A stretch of DNA of 62,632 bases from an uncultured Lentisphaerales bacterium (GCA_964553035.1 CAZKJH010000005.1:1-62632); one strand, 5' to 3'. Positions 7,564 through 17,816 are shown, numbered from the stretch's first letter. A program made the numbers and translations. The notes: generated by a model not told the origin, from the sequence alone.

Positions 7564-10500
7564 TATGCATTCTCCTCCCCACCCATCCATTTCCGGATCC
7601 TTGCGCTCAGCGCGGCAGGCTTAACCGGCTTGGACAGGTAGTCGTCGCACCCCGCCGCGAGGATTTCCTCCCGCTCACCAGCCATGGCCGATGCAGTCAG
7701 GGCAATCACCACGGTGTTCTGCAGGGTCTTATCCTGCTTGATCAGTTGCGTGGCTTCCAGCCCGCCCATCACGGGCATCTGGATGTCCATGAGGATCAGA
7801 TCCGGACGCTCGGCTTTAGCCACAGCCACGGCCTCTTTTCCATTGCGGGCTTCAAAGATTTCCAGCTTCAGGTCGCTGAGACCCGCTCTGAGAATAGAGC
7901 GGGTCGTGGTCAGATTGTCAGCATGGTCGTCGACAACCAGAATCGACAGCGCACCATCTTTGCGCGGAATCACGCGAGGAACCGGTTTCTCCACGACACG
8001 TTTCTTCGCGGCGGCAACCTCCTTCATCCCGATCAGGCGGCGAATCGCGCCGATCAGTTGCGTGCGGTCGATGCTGCCTTTCTGAATGAGCTGGTGCACG
8101 TTGTTGTAGCTTAAAGAGGCTCGCTCTGCGGCGGTTAGATCTTTTGCGGTGAGAACCAGCACGGGAAGCTGTTTCGTCGCGGGCGTAGACCGGATGGATT
8201 CCAACACCTGGAACCCGTCCACCTTGGGCATCATTAAATCAAGAATCATACCGTCGGGCACATGGTCCCGGGTTTTGGCCAATCCCTCTTCACCATTCGT
8301 CGCCACATCTACGACAAGGCCGGCAGCGGTCAGGACACTCGTGATTTGATCTCTCGCCACCTGATTATCTTCCACAAGCAGAATGCGCGGCGGAGATCCC
8401 GCCGGCCACTCTTTAACCACGCGATCAGCTCTCGCGGGCTTCTGCTCAACGTGCGCATCTTGCGCCTCACTATGCATGGGCAGGGTCAGCGTGAACGTGG
8501 AGCCCTGCCCCACCTCGCTCTCCACATCGATCCGTCCGCCCAGCAGGATCGCCAACCGCCGGGAAATAGCCAGGCCGAGGCCCGTTCCACCATACTGCCG
8601 AGTGGTTGATCCATCGGCCTGCCTAAATTCGTCGAAGATCTGCGACAAGGCCTGTTCCGGGATTCCAATTCCCGTATCCCAGACGCTGAACACGGCCGAT
8701 CTGCCATCCTGCCGGGCCTTGATGCCGATTTCGCCCTTCTGGGTAAACTTTTGCGCATTGGACAGCAGGTTCAGCAAAATCTGCTTCAGCTTATCTTGGT
8801 CGGTCTGCAACTCACCTAGGCCACTCATCTCAACCGAGATGGACAGCCCTTTTTCATTCGCCAGCGGGCGAATGGCCTCAACCACCGCATCCACCGTCTC
8901 CGCAGCGGCAAAGGACGACACATAAAGATCCATCCGGCCCGCCTCGATCTTGGAGAGATCCAGAATGTCGTTGATCAGATTCAGCAAATGCCGCCCGTTG
9001 CGCTCAATAATTTCAACGCGCTCTTTATCCTCTCCCCCCGCGGCTCCAATCCCGTTGGAGAGCATCAGTTGCGAAAGCGACAGAACGCTGTTGAGCGGCG
9101 TGCGCAGCTCATGGCTCATATTGGAAAGGAACTCCGATTTGAGCCGATTGGCCGCCTCGACCTGCTGCTGCTGGGACTGAAGCTCAACGGCCTGTTCCTG
9201 CAGCTCCTGCGTCTGCTGCTCCATCTCGACGGCCTGCGCCTGAAGCTCGGCGTTGTTTGTGCGCAACTCCTCGGCCAGGCGCTGGGTTTTCACACTCGCC
9301 AACAGGTTGGAGAACGCCGTGCCCATTCCAATCTGCGCTAAATCGAGTGTCTGGCGGAACGTGTCGGGGAAGGCGCTAAGCGTGGCCAACGAGACGACAC
9401 CCATAACCTGACGACCCACCAGCAGGGGAACTGTAAGGATTTCCCGTGGGATGGCGGTGCCGCCCGTTGTCTTGAACGTGAAAACGGTGTCGGAGGAGAT
9501 ATCCCGGACGAGGGAGATTTGTCCCGTGGCGATGGCCTTGCCGAGTTCGCCTTCGTACCCTTTGGCACTGAAGGACTGCGGTGCGTCACCGCTCAACCCC
9601 ACCGAAGCGATTTGCTCAAACACGGCTCCATTTTCGCTGCGCAGGTAAAAGGCCCCTAGGTGCGAGCCGGAGAGGTTGATGAGTTTCATCAGCAACCCCG
9701 AGGCAAAATCATCGATAGTGTCAGCGATAACCAGTATCTCGGACAACTCGGCATACCCTCGACGAATCGCCATTTGAGAAGCAAGCGTCGCGACCATTTC
9801 GTTGAATGCCGCTCCCAAGGCGGCGACTTCGTCGGTTCCCTTGATCGAGCAACGGGCATCCAGCTCGCCGTTGGCGAACCGATGAACCGCGTCGCCAACC
9901 CCGAGGATCGGCCGGGAGAGCGTCTTGGACAGGAGCGGAGACACCAACATGACGACCAGAACGGTGAAACCAAAAACGAATAGCAATTTCTGCAGCATAT
10001 CATGAATCGGCGCATAGACTTCGGCCAGATCGCGCTTCGCCACGAAGCCCCACTGGGTCCGGGGAATATGCGTAAAGGCTGCCAAAACCATCTTGCCGCG
10101 ATAGTCCAAGTCTTCGATAATACCCGTCTCGCCAGCGGCACCCCGTACGGAGGGTTGAGCGGAAATCTTCAGTTTCAGCGGCGCATTCTCATACCATCGC
10201 AGTTCGTTGAGGGCTACACCGTCCTTGTTTACAATCAACGTCTCGCCGGTTTCGCCCATGCCCATCCGGTTCTGAAGCAACGGATACAGCGACTGCGCCA
10301 GATCGACCCGGGCAACCAGCACCCCAACGAGGTGCTCGCCACCATGCACCAGGCTAAAGATGGGGGCGGAAAAAACCATGGCTGGTCGTTTCTCTATCTC
10401 GGAGTAAAAAACATCCTTGATGTAGATCTTCTTCGTGCGCAACGGCTCGGTAAAATACAGATCCGTTTGTTTGTCTTTGCCTTCCTGAGCCAGATCGGTG

Positions 10501-10892
10501 CTGATCACCACCTTGCCGCTGGTTGCAGTGACAATGAAAAGTTCGCTATAGTCTCCATAATTATCCAAAAACCGATGCAGCAGAGCCCGCACCCTCGAAA
10601 TTGCGACTTCATCCTGCTCAGTTTTAATTCCCACCGGAGTAGATTCCAGACCGCGCAGTTCGTAATCCCCTGCAGCAACTTGCAGATCGCCCATCCGTTC
10701 ATCCAGCCACAGATTCAGCATGTTAACTTTCAGGTTGCGGACAAGTTGAAGCTTTTCAAGCTCATTACCGCGAATGACGGCTGCCCTTTGAAAATAGAGC
10801 ACCGTGCCCATCGTCGCCAGCGACAGCATCGTCACGGCGAGGAACCAAAACGTCAGTCGCGCTCTCAAACTATTGAATCGCAGTTTTTTCAT
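7563..10892 (-). CDS. Hybrid sensor histidine kinase (TM, Cache-like, HAMP, GAF, coiled coil, HisKA, HATPase_c, two receivers)
   Basis: 1109-aa ORF. HAMP-like segment is RPILGVGDAVHRFANGELDAR...EVAALGAAFNEMV. H-box is MSHELRTPLNSVL and G-box is GGTGLGLAISRRLA. The receivers read ILLVEDNQVA...ILDLMMPKVDG and ILVVDDHADN...LILMDIQMPVMGG. Confidence 0.9.
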   Translation of the reverse strand: MKKLRFNSLRARLTFWFLAVTMLSLATMGTVLYFQRAAVIRGNELEKLQLVRNLKVNMLNLWLDERMGDLQVAAGDYELRGLESTPVGIKTEQDEVAISRVRALLHRFLDNYGDYSELFIVTATSGKVVISTDLAQEGKDKQTDLYFTEPLRTKKIYIKDVFYSEIEKRPAMVFSAPIFSLVHGGEHLVGVLVARVDLAQSLYPLLQNRMGMGETGETLIVNKDGVALNELRWYENAPLKLKISAQPSVRGAAGETGIIEDLDYRGKMVLAAFTHIPRTQWGFVAKRDLAEVYAPIHDMLQKLLFVFGFTVLVVMLVSPLLSKTLSRPILGVGDAVHRFANGELDARCSIKGTDEVAALGAAFNEMVATLASQMAIRRGYAELSEILVIADTIDDFASGLLMKLINLSGSHLGAFYLRSENGAVFEQIASVGLSGDAPQSFSAKGYEGELGKAIATGQISLVRDISSDTVFTFKTTGGTAIPREILTVPLLVGRQVMGVVSLATLSAFPDTFRQTLDLAQIGMGTAFSNLLASVKTQRLAEELRTNNAELQAQAVEMEQQTQELQEQAVELQSQQQQVEAANRLKSEFLSNMSHELRTPLNSVLSLSQLMLSNGIGAAGGEDKERVEIIERNGRHLLNLINDILDLSKIEAGRMDLYVSSFAAAETVDAVVEAIRPLANEKGLSISVEMSGLGELQTDQDKLKQILLNLLSNAQKFTQKGEIGIKARQDGRSAVFSVWDTGIGIPEQALSQIFDEFRQADGSTTRQYGGTGLGLAISRRLAILLGGRIDVESEVGQGSTFTLTLPMHSEAQDAHVEQKPARADRVVKEWPAGSPPRILLVEDNQVARDQITSVLTAAGLVVDVATNGEEGLAKTRDHVPDGMILDLMMPKVDGFQVLESIRSTPATKQLPVLVLTAKDLTAAERASLSYNNVHQLIQKGSIDRTQLIGAIRRLIGMKEVAAAKKRVVEKPVPRVIPRKDGALSILVVDDHADNLTTTRSILRAGLSDLKLEIFEARNGKEAVAVAKAERPDLILMDIQMPVMGGLEATQLIKQDKTLQNTVVIALTASAMAGEREEILAAGCDDYLSKPVKPAALSARIRKWMGGEENA

Positions 10893-10928
10893 CTCATTCT
10901 CCTACTATTCGTAATGTGGGCGATAAAT

Positions 10929-10948
10929 TTTTGACCGGATAACAGGAT
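10929..10948. repeat. Left arm of a 20-bp perfect inverted repeat flanking the GxxExxY gene (TTTTGACCGGATAACAGGAT)
   Basis: Its reverse complement is found exactly at 11403-11422. Confidence 0.9.
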
Positions 10949-10958
10949 AAGCCGGATA

Positions 10959-11351
10959 TCATGCATCTTGTTGATCCAGTCGCCTCAAATCCCGCACCTT
11001 CCGTTTCACTTCCACTTTTGTCTCTGAAAAATTAAGAATCAATCCTATTTCTTTATGGGTTGCTGTCAGGTAATTCACCACCTGTATCTCATGGGCGATA
11101 ACAATTTGTTTAACCGATTTCAGTTCAAGAATAACAACCGCCTCTACAAGAATATCTGCAACAAACTCTCCAACGGCCTCCCCGTCGTATTCAACATGGA
11201 TCGGCACCTGTGACTCCGCAACCAACCCCGCCTTCTTCAATTCGATCATCAGGCACTTTTCATATACAGATTCCAAAAAACCGAAACCCATTTTATTATA
11301 AACCTGATATGCGCATCCGATGATTTTTTCTGTCAGTTCTTTATGTTCCAT
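10959..11351 (-). CDS. GxxExxY protein (PD-(D/E)XK-like small protein family)
   Basis: 130-aa ORF. The N-terminus KIIGCAYQVYNKMGFGFLESVYEKCL carries the family-defining G-x-x-E-x-x-Y signature, followed by ELK and a conserved Q..NYL segment. A strong GGAGG lies upstream of the ATG. Confidence 0.8.
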   Translation of the reverse strand: MEHKELTEKIIGCAYQVYNKMGFGFLESVYEKCLMIELKKAGLVAESQVPIHVEYDGEAVGEFVADILVEAVVILELKSVKQIVIAHEIQVVNYLTATHKEIGLILNFSETKVEVKRKVRDLRRLDQQDA

Positions 11352-11400
11352 GTTGGCCTCCTTCAGGCGGTGCTGTTTCTTTTGATTTACTGGATCCTGA

Positions 11401-12255
11401 TCATCCTGTTATCCGGTCAAAATCTCCCGCCCCCTCTTTTTTATAGATTTTATTTTTCGCATCAATTGTCCTGAACCGTGATTTAAGATCGCCCACCAGG
11501 GCTTCGGACTCACCCAGCACCAGAATTCCACCCATGGCCAGCGCATTGTATAACTTCTTCAGCACCTGTTCCTGGTGCGGGGCAGAAAAATAGATCACGA
11601 CGTTCCGGCACAGGATCAGATCGAAGGATCCGTAGATACTCTCGACCGGCACCTCTGTCTGCTGCGACAGCAGATCCTCTACCGAAAAATGTACCATTTT
11701 TTTTATTTCATCGCAAAGCTTGAATTCATTCCCCAGAGAAGAAAACCAGGCGTCCACCCATCCGAGCTTAGCATCTTTCAGGCTTTCCCTTGTATACACC
11801 GCCCGTTCGGCCTTCGTCAGGATCTCCCGGTCGATATCCGTTGCAAAGATCAGGGGTTTCATGTTGGTGCCAGGGTTCCTTTTGAGTGCTTCCGCAATCA
11901 GGATGGCAATCGAATAGGCTTCCTCACCCGCCGCGCACCCGGCGCTCCAAACCCGCAGCGCACCCTGCGTCTTTTCGATCAATTGAGGAAGAATAGACTG
12001 TGCAAGGATTTCAAATACAACCGGATTGCGGAAGAAGGAGCTGACATGAACGGCAATGGTATTGACCAAGTTCGCGCACTCCGTTTCATCGTTGCGGCAA
12101 AGGGAAATATACTGATCCGCCTCCACTCCCAACCGCTCCAGCCGTTCCGATAAACGGCGAGTCAGCATGGGCGTACGGTAACCCGTCAGATCCTTGCCGG
12201 TTCTTTGCTGGACAATCTCCAATAGATCGTCAATCTGTCGCCTATTGATTGGCAT
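11401..12255 (-). CDS. cheR: CheR-type protein-glutamate O-methyltransferase
   Basis: 284-aa ORF. It has a CheR N-terminal helical segment (LTGYRTPMLTRRLSERL), the SAM-binding motif RVWSAGCAAGEEAYSIAIL, and FDLILCRNVVIYF. Confidence 0.85.
   Translation of the reverse strand: MPINRRQIDDLLEIVQQRTGKDLTGYRTPMLTRRLSERLERLGVEADQYISLCRNDETECANLVNTIAVHVSSFFRNPVVFEILAQSILPQLIEKTQGALRVWSAGCAAGEEAYSIAILIAEALKRNPGTNMKPLIFATDIDREILTKAERAVYTRESLKDAKLGWVDAWFSSLGNEFKLCDEIKKMVHFSVEDLLSQQTEVPVESIYGSFDLILCRNVVIYFSAPHQEQVLKKLYNALAMGGILVLGESEALVGDLKSRFRTIDAKNKIYKKEGAGDFDRITG
11403..11422. repeat. Right arm of the 20-bp inverted repeat (ATCCTGTTATCCGGTCAAAA), overlapping the last codons of cheR
   Basis: Exact reverse complement of 10929-10948. 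It encodes the CheR C-terminal residues ..FDRITG and abuts the stop codon. Confidence 0.9.
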
Positions 12256-12465
12256 ATTCTATTCCATCCAAAAACTATGTTGCCGTTAACCCTATCCTAA
12301 TCCTTTATACAGAGGCTCTTGCAAAACATTTTCTGCGTATCACCATACCGCGCCCAAAATGAACGACATTATAGTCGCATATTTCAGAAGGGTTGTCTAC
12401 CCCCCCTTTTTTTGAAAAGAGTTGTAGACCGGTAAAAAAGTGGTGGTGGGGTTGACCGTGTTGAC

Positions 12466-12538
12466 GAGGGCGACCGTATTGACCTTGCTGTCAATGAAGT
12501 CAACAAGGTCAATACGGTCACAAAATATCATCGCCCTC
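12466..12538 (-). terminator. Long hairpin immediately downstream of the E1 gene stop (candidate terminator or processing stem)
   Basis: 16-bp perfect stem GACCGTATTGACCTTG (12472-12487) / CAAGGTCAATACGGTC (12504-12519). It is extended by GAGGGC (12466-12471) / GCCCTC (12533-12538). A T-run follows about 25 nt further on the minus strand, so this is not a canonical intrinsic terminator. Confidence 0.4.
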
Positions 12539-12541
12539 CCC

Positions 12542-15019
12542 TTACACCCCGAGCTTATTGCGGCGAATCATTTCGACGCTGGTAAAACTCTTCTGGGCGA
12601 CATGACCGGCGATGGGCTGAATGCGCTCGTGAAAGATGTCGATGAACCAGCTTGGTTGAGGGAAGAAATGGTTTTCGAGTTCGTAAGCTGGTGTTATCCA
12701 GTTGCGCGAACCAAGCACCACGACGGGCGCATCGAGGGAGTCGAAGCAGAGATCGCCAATGTTGCGGGCGAGCTCACTCAGGAAGGATCCACGGTCACAG
12801 GCATCACCCGCGACAATGATCTTACCAGTCTTCTTAACCGACTCAATGACCTTCTCGTAGTTGAACGGAACGAGCGAGCGTGCATCGATCACTTCAACGC
12901 TGATGCCGTGCTTCTCTTCGAAAATCTTCGCAGCTTCAAGTGCGCGGTACAGCGTTGCTCCAAGACTGAGGATGGTCAGATCCTTGCCGACCTTCTTCAC
13001 ATCCGGCTCACCAAACGGAATTTCGTAGCTCTCGACAGGGACGCCGCCTTCGTGGAACTGCTCGGCAATATCATAGATACGCTGGCTTTCAAAGAAGATC
13101 ACGGGATCGGTTCCGTTGAGCGCGGAAGCCATGAGGCCCTTGGCATCGTACGGGGTCGCGGGGAACACAACCTTCAATCCTGGAACTTGCGTACAAAGCG
13201 AAGTCCAATCCTGCGAGTGCTGGGCACCATACTTGGAGCCAACAGAAACGCGCACGACAACCGGCATTTTCAGAATACCAGCAGACATCGCCTGCCACTT
13301 GGGGAGTTGGTTGAGAAGCTCGTCACCTGCGCATCCGATGAAGTCGGCATACATGAGTTCGACCAGCGCACGACCACCGCTCATGGCATAACCAACGGCA
13401 GAGCCGATGATCGCGCCTTCAGCGATCGGTGAGTTGAAAAGACGATGATAGGGCACTGCTTCCGTCAGGCCACGGTAGACGGCGAACGCGCCACCCCAGT
13501 CGCGATTCTCTTCGCCGTAGGCGACGAGGGTCGGATCTTCATAGTACTTGTCGAGAATGGCCTCGAAAAGTCCGTCACGGAGTTGAAAAACCTTGTTCTT
13601 GGAAACGGCCTTTCCGTCGGCATCAAAAGCAAAGCGTTCCTTCTTTGCAATCTGCTGTACACGAGCACTTTCCTCACGGATCTGCAGCATATCGACCGGG
13701 CGATCTTCCATCTTCACACGACGCTCGTTTGAAAACATGAGCTTTTCGATCGCGTCAGGCGTCACGTCGAGATTCATGCGTGGGGACACCACGGGATCAG
13801 CCGCAAGGCGAACCGCGTCGGTGATCGTGCGGATAACCGATTCGTCGAGGGCGTCGAAGTCCGCTTCAGTAGCCAGCTTCGCGCTAATGATCTGCTTACG
13901 GAACGCGGTAATCGAATCTTCCTTCTGCCACATTTCCTTTTCTTCGTTTGTGCGATAGGAGTCGGCATCCGAGGGCGAGTGGCCAGAATAGCGGTAGGTA
14001 ATCGTGTCCATCAAAACAGGGCCCTTCTTCTCGCGCAGGACGGCGAGCTTGCGCGTCATCGCTTCGATGACCGCCAGCGGATTGTATCCGTCAACGCGTT
14101 CCGCATGCATCTGATTCTGGTTGACACCAGCGCCGATGCGGGCGGGGAAATCGTAACCCATGGTCTCACCACGAGTCTGTCCGCCCATTGCATACTGATT
14201 GTTCATGATGTTGAAGAGCAACGGCAGACCGCCCTTCATGTCGTCATCCCAGAGCGTACGGAACTGATCCATGGACGCGAAGGACATTGCTTCCCATACG
14301 GGGCCGCGCCCCATCGCACCGTCACCGATATTGCACACCACGACGCCTGGCTTGCGGTTGACCTTTTTGAAAAGTGCAGCGCCGACGGAGATGTCGGCAG
14401 AGCCACCGACGATGGCGTTGTTCGGATAGATACCGAAGGGAAGGAAGAAGGCGTGCATCGAGCCGCCGAGCCCCTTGTGGAAGCCGGTCTCCTTCGCAAA
14501 GATTTCAGCAAGTGCGCCGTAAACGAGAAACTCGATCGCCAATTGCTTGACGCTCAAGTTGCGGCTCTTGTTCGCGTGTTCGACAATCCGGTAGGCTGCG
14601 CCACCGAGAAAACTCTCCATGATAGTCAGTAGTGATTTATCGTCAAGCTGATGGATAGAGGAAAGACCCTTTGCCAAAATCTCGCCATGGCTACGGTGTG
14701 AACCGAAGATGTAATCGTCTGGCGTCAGCAAGTAGGCTTGACCAACCGAGGATGCTTCTTGTCCCATGGAAAGATGCGCTGGGCCGGGGTTGTTGTACTC
14801 AAGACCATTGTAGGCGTTCGTGGTCTTGATCGAATACAACATGGTTTCAAATTCACGAATCATACACATGTGTGAGTAGATGCGTAGAAAATCATCCTTC
14901 GTGTAGAGTGACGACTCCTCTTTGATTGTCTTGCTGTATTGGCAGACTGGAATTTTATCGAATTTGATAAAGCTGGATTTCCGGACATCTGCTGGGTTGA
15001 TAAACAGTTGCTTGGCCAT
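12542..15019 (-). CDS. TPP-dependent dehydrogenase E1 component, fused alpha+beta subunits (pyruvate/acetoin/2-oxoacid dehydrogenase family)
   Basis: 825-aa ORF. The alpha-type part has GPAHLSMGQEA, GSHRSHG and GDGAMGRGPVWEA. The beta-type part has FNSPIAEGAIIGSAVGYAMSG and a transketolase-C-like end. Confidence 0.85.
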   Translation of the reverse strand: MAKQLFINPADVRKSSFIKFDKIPVCQYSKTIKEESSLYTKDDFLRIYSHMCMIREFETMLYSIKTTNAYNGLEYNNPGPAHLSMGQEASSVGQAYLLTPDDYIFGSHRSHGEILAKGLSSIHQLDDKSLLTIMESFLGGAAYRIVEHANKSRNLSVKQLAIEFLVYGALAEIFAKETGFHKGLGGSMHAFFLPFGIYPNNAIVGGSADISVGAALFKKVNRKPGVVVCNIGDGAMGRGPVWEAMSFASMDQFRTLWDDDMKGGLPLLFNIMNNQYAMGGQTRGETMGYDFPARIGAGVNQNQMHAERVDGYNPLAVIEAMTRKLAVLREKKGPVLMDTITYRYSGHSPSDADSYRTNEEKEMWQKEDSITAFRKQIISAKLATEADFDALDESVIRTITDAVRLAADPVVSPRMNLDVTPDAIEKLMFSNERRVKMEDRPVDMLQIREESARVQQIAKKERFAFDADGKAVSKNKVFQLRDGLFEAILDKYYEDPTLVAYGEENRDWGGAFAVYRGLTEAVPYHRLFNSPIAEGAIIGSAVGYAMSGGRALVELMYADFIGCAGDELLNQLPKWQAMSAGILKMPVVVRVSVGSKYGAQHSQDWTSLCTQVPGLKVVFPATPYDAKGLMASALNGTDPVIFFESQRIYDIAEQFHEGGVPVESYEIPFGEPDVKKVGKDLTILSLGATLYRALEAAKIFEEKHGISVEVIDARSLVPFNYEKVIESVKKTGKIIVAGDACDRGSFLSELARNIGDLCFDSLDAPVVVLGSRNWITPAYELENHFFPQPSWFIDIFHERIQPIAGHVAQKSFTSVEMIRRNKLGV

Positions 15020-15037
15020 AGTTATTTTCTCCTTAAA

Positions 15038-16399
15038 TTAGACGTGAAAAATTGCTTCGCGGATGACTTCGCCGACCGTCGGGTGTGGGAAGATGATTTC
15101 TTTGATGTCGTCAATTCGCATCTCGGTTTCAACCATGATGCCGACGGCGAGAATGATCTCTGATGCGTAGCTCCCAATGAGATGGCAGCCGAGAATGCGA
15201 TTGTGAACGGGATCGATGAGCAATTTAATCTTGCCCTCTCCCCCTTCGTTTTCGGCCAGATAGCGGCCGCTGTAGCTCATCGGCAGGGAAACCTTGCGGT
15301 AGGTTATCCCCTTTTCCTTACAGGTCTCCTCGGTTTCGCCCACGAATCCCATCTCTGGGTTCGTATAGATCACCGAAGGCATGGCATGGTAGCGCATGAT
15401 GTCCTTCTTACCGAGAATGGTATTGATCGCGACCTCGGCTTCGCGATAAGCGGCATGGGCCAGCATCCAGATGCCGTTTACATCGCCGACCGCGAAGACG
15501 CCAGGGACATTCGTGCGCCCCTGCGCATCGGTGACGATGCGTCCGCGCTCAACGAGCACACCAAGCGATTCGAGTCCGACTCCACGCGTAACCGCACGGC
15601 GACCTACGCTCATAAGCGTGTACTCCGCATCCGCCCGCTTCGTCTCGCCCTTATCGGTGAATTCTACAGAGCCGTCTTTAACACCCGTGACCTGACAATT
15701 GAGATGGAATTTAATGCCCTTCTTCTCGAAGGCTTTCTGTAGCAGCGCACACATCTCGCGATCAGCAGCACCGGCAATGTGATCGAGCATTTCAATCACG
15801 GTCACCTGGCATCCGCAGGTCTGAAAATAACCCGCCATCTCAAGTCCGATCACGCCGCCACCGACCACGACCATCGTCTTGGGGATGACTTGGAGAGCGA
15901 GGATCTCGCGATTCGTGAGTACGGTTCCAGCCTCAAGGCCTTCCTTGACGCCGGGGATGGGCGGAACCACGGCTTCGGAACCGGTGGCGATGATCAGGCG
16001 CTTGCCTTCGAATGTTTCGTCGCCGACCTTGACGCGGATCACACCATCGAGGCGCCCCACGATCTCGCCAAATCCTTCTTTCACGGTGACTTTGGCGGCC
16101 TTCAGTGCTTGACCAACACCCGCGACCAGCATCTTGACAACCTTATTCTTGCGAGCAACAACAACGGCCTGATCAATTTTCGCGTTTTCGGAGGTGACGC
16201 CATACTTCTGACCATTGCAGGCGTGGTCGTAGATCTTGGCACTGTTGAGCAAGGTCTTCGAGGGGATGCAGCCTTCGTTGAGGCAGACACCCCCGAGTTT
16301 ATTTTTCTCAATCAGCAACGTCGAGAGACCGGCAGTGCCCGCTCTTTCTGCTGCAAGATAACCTCCAGGGCCTCCGCCCAGAACAATCAGATCGTACAT
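15038..16399 (-). CDS. lpdA: Dihydrolipoyl dehydrogenase (E3)
   Basis: 453-aa ORF. It has the FAD motif VLGGGPGGYLAAERA, the redox-active disulfide GGVCLNEGCIPSK, and the NAD fold VVVGGGVIGLEMA. Confidence 0.92.
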   Translation of the reverse strand: MYDLIVLGGGPGGYLAAERAGTAGLSTLLIEKNKLGGVCLNEGCIPSKTLLNSAKIYDHACNGQKYGVTSENAKIDQAVVVARKNKVVKMLVAGVGQALKAAKVTVKEGFGEIVGRLDGVIRVKVGDETFEGKRLIIATGSEAVVPPIPGVKEGLEAGTVLTNREILALQVIPKTMVVVGGGVIGLEMAGYFQTCGCQVTVIEMLDHIAGAADREMCALLQKAFEKKGIKFHLNCQVTGVKDGSVEFTDKGETKRADAEYTLMSVGRRAVTRGVGLESLGVLVERGRIVTDAQGRTNVPGVFAVGDVNGIWMLAHAAYREAEVAINTILGKKDIMRYHAMPSVIYTNPEMGFVGETEETCKEKGITYRKVSLPMSYSGRYLAENEGGEGKIKLLIDPVHNRILGCHLIGSYASEIILAVGIMVETEMRIDDIKEIIFPHPTVGEVIREAIFHV

Positions 16400-16400
16400 C

Positions 16401-17798
16401 TTACTTTCCTCCCTGCAAGAGCAACAGTGTGAAGTTTTCTAACACAGAAACAAGCTCTTGCAGCATACGTGCTGCAGGAGCACCATCGACGGCCCGATGG
16501 TCGAGAGTGAGGGAAAGCCCCATCGCCGGATAGGTTTCGACCGTGCCGTTTTTCTCACGCATACGGGTTGTGATGTTGCACACACCGAGGATACAAGTCT
16601 GTGGCGGATTGATGACCGGCGTAAACGATTCAACACCGAAAGTACCAAGGTTCGTCACGGTAAACGTGCCGTTTTTCAGAAAATCTGGGTTGATCGTTCC
16701 TTTACGGCAATTGTCTGCCAGCGCCTTAACTTGTTTAGAAACCTCGGGCAAGCTGAGCTGATCAGCACCAAAAAGCGTCGGCACCATCAGTCCACGCGGC
16801 GTATCAATTGCGACACCAAGATTGACGTGCTTGAAATACGTCATCTTTTCATCATCGTAATGGGCATTGCAGGCGGGATGATTGGGAAGCACACGCGAAA
16901 CTGCATACAGCAAGATGTCACCCAGCGTCGGTACGGTTTGTGCTAATACAAAGCCCTTCTCTCCGAGCCCCTTTTCGTTCGCCTGCTTGAGTCGCTTCCG
17001 GAAGTCCATGACCTCTTTAGCATCGAAACTCGTGTTGAGCGTCAGTTGCGCCATCGAGGAGAGAGATTGGTGCATCGAACGGGCGATAACCTTGCGGATG
17101 CCCGAGTGCTTTTCTGTCCACGAATCGGATACTGAAGCTGTGGGGGCGGGGGCGGATGCGGCGGCGGCGACAGGCTGTGGCGCAGCAGTATCGGCAATAC
17201 CAACGCGTCCGCCAATGCCTGTTCCTTCGGTGGTTGCCGGATAGGCCCCCACCGCAGAAGTGGCCATGCGGCCTTCGTCAATAAGCTTGCGCACATCGCG
17301 CTCAATGATGCGTCCTGTGGGACCAGTTCCTTGCGCTTGGCGCAGATCAGCACCGCTGCGTTCCGCAAGGTGCTTAGCACGCGGAGAAGGCACAGCGTCC
17401 GTAGCGGGCACGGGAGTGTGCGTTTGTGTGGATGTGGACATGGGAGCTGCAGGTGGCAATCCGGGGCGAGGATGCCCCTCATCCAAAGGGGGCGTTGGCG
17501 CTACGGTGGGATCCGTTGCCGATGTTGCACCGGCGGGTATAAATGCTGACACATCCTCGCCCTTGTTGCCGATGACACAAACGTTCGTCAGACACGGTAC
17601 GTCGTCGCCTTCGGCGAAAAACACAGCGATCAAATTCCCCGCAACAACGGCGGTTTCATCAAAGGTCGCCTTGTCGGTTTCGTAAGTAAAGAGCGTGTCG
17701 CCCTCGGCGATTAAATCGCCAATTTTTTTATGCCATTTGCCGATGATACAGCTTTCGACGGATTGCCCTTGGCGAGGCATGATGATAGGTGTTGCCAT
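16401..17798 (-). CDS. Dihydrolipoamide acyltransferase (E2) with one lipoyl domain
   Basis: 465-aa ORF. It has the lipoyl motif ETDKATFD, an Ala/Pro-rich linker, an E3-binding-like segment (SPRAKHLAERSGADL) and the catalytic motif LSLTLDHRAVDGA. Confidence 0.9.
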   Translation of the reverse strand: MATPIIMPRQGQSVESCIIGKWHKKIGDLIAEGDTLFTYETDKATFDETAVVAGNLIAVFFAEGDDVPCLTNVCVIGNKGEDVSAFIPAGATSATDPTVAPTPPLDEGHPRPGLPPAAPMSTSTQTHTPVPATDAVPSPRAKHLAERSGADLRQAQGTGPTGRIIERDVRKLIDEGRMATSAVGAYPATTEGTGIGGRVGIADTAAPQPVAAAASAPAPTASVSDSWTEKHSGIRKVIARSMHQSLSSMAQLTLNTSFDAKEVMDFRKRLKQANEKGLGEKGFVLAQTVPTLGDILLYAVSRVLPNHPACNAHYDDEKMTYFKHVNLGVAIDTPRGLMVPTLFGADQLSLPEVSKQVKALADNCRKGTINPDFLKNGTFTVTNLGTFGVESFTPVINPPQTCILGVCNITTRMREKNGTVETYPAMGLSLTLDHRAVDGAPAARMLQELVSVLENFTLLLLQGGK

Positions 17799-17816
17799 AC
17801 GATAGATTTCCTTCGG

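Noticed and set aside
12440-12520. Cluster of TTGAC/GTCAA words as stacked -35 promoter boxes
   Set aside because: The words are explained by the arms of the long hairpin downstream of the E1 gene. No properly spaced -10 elements were found.
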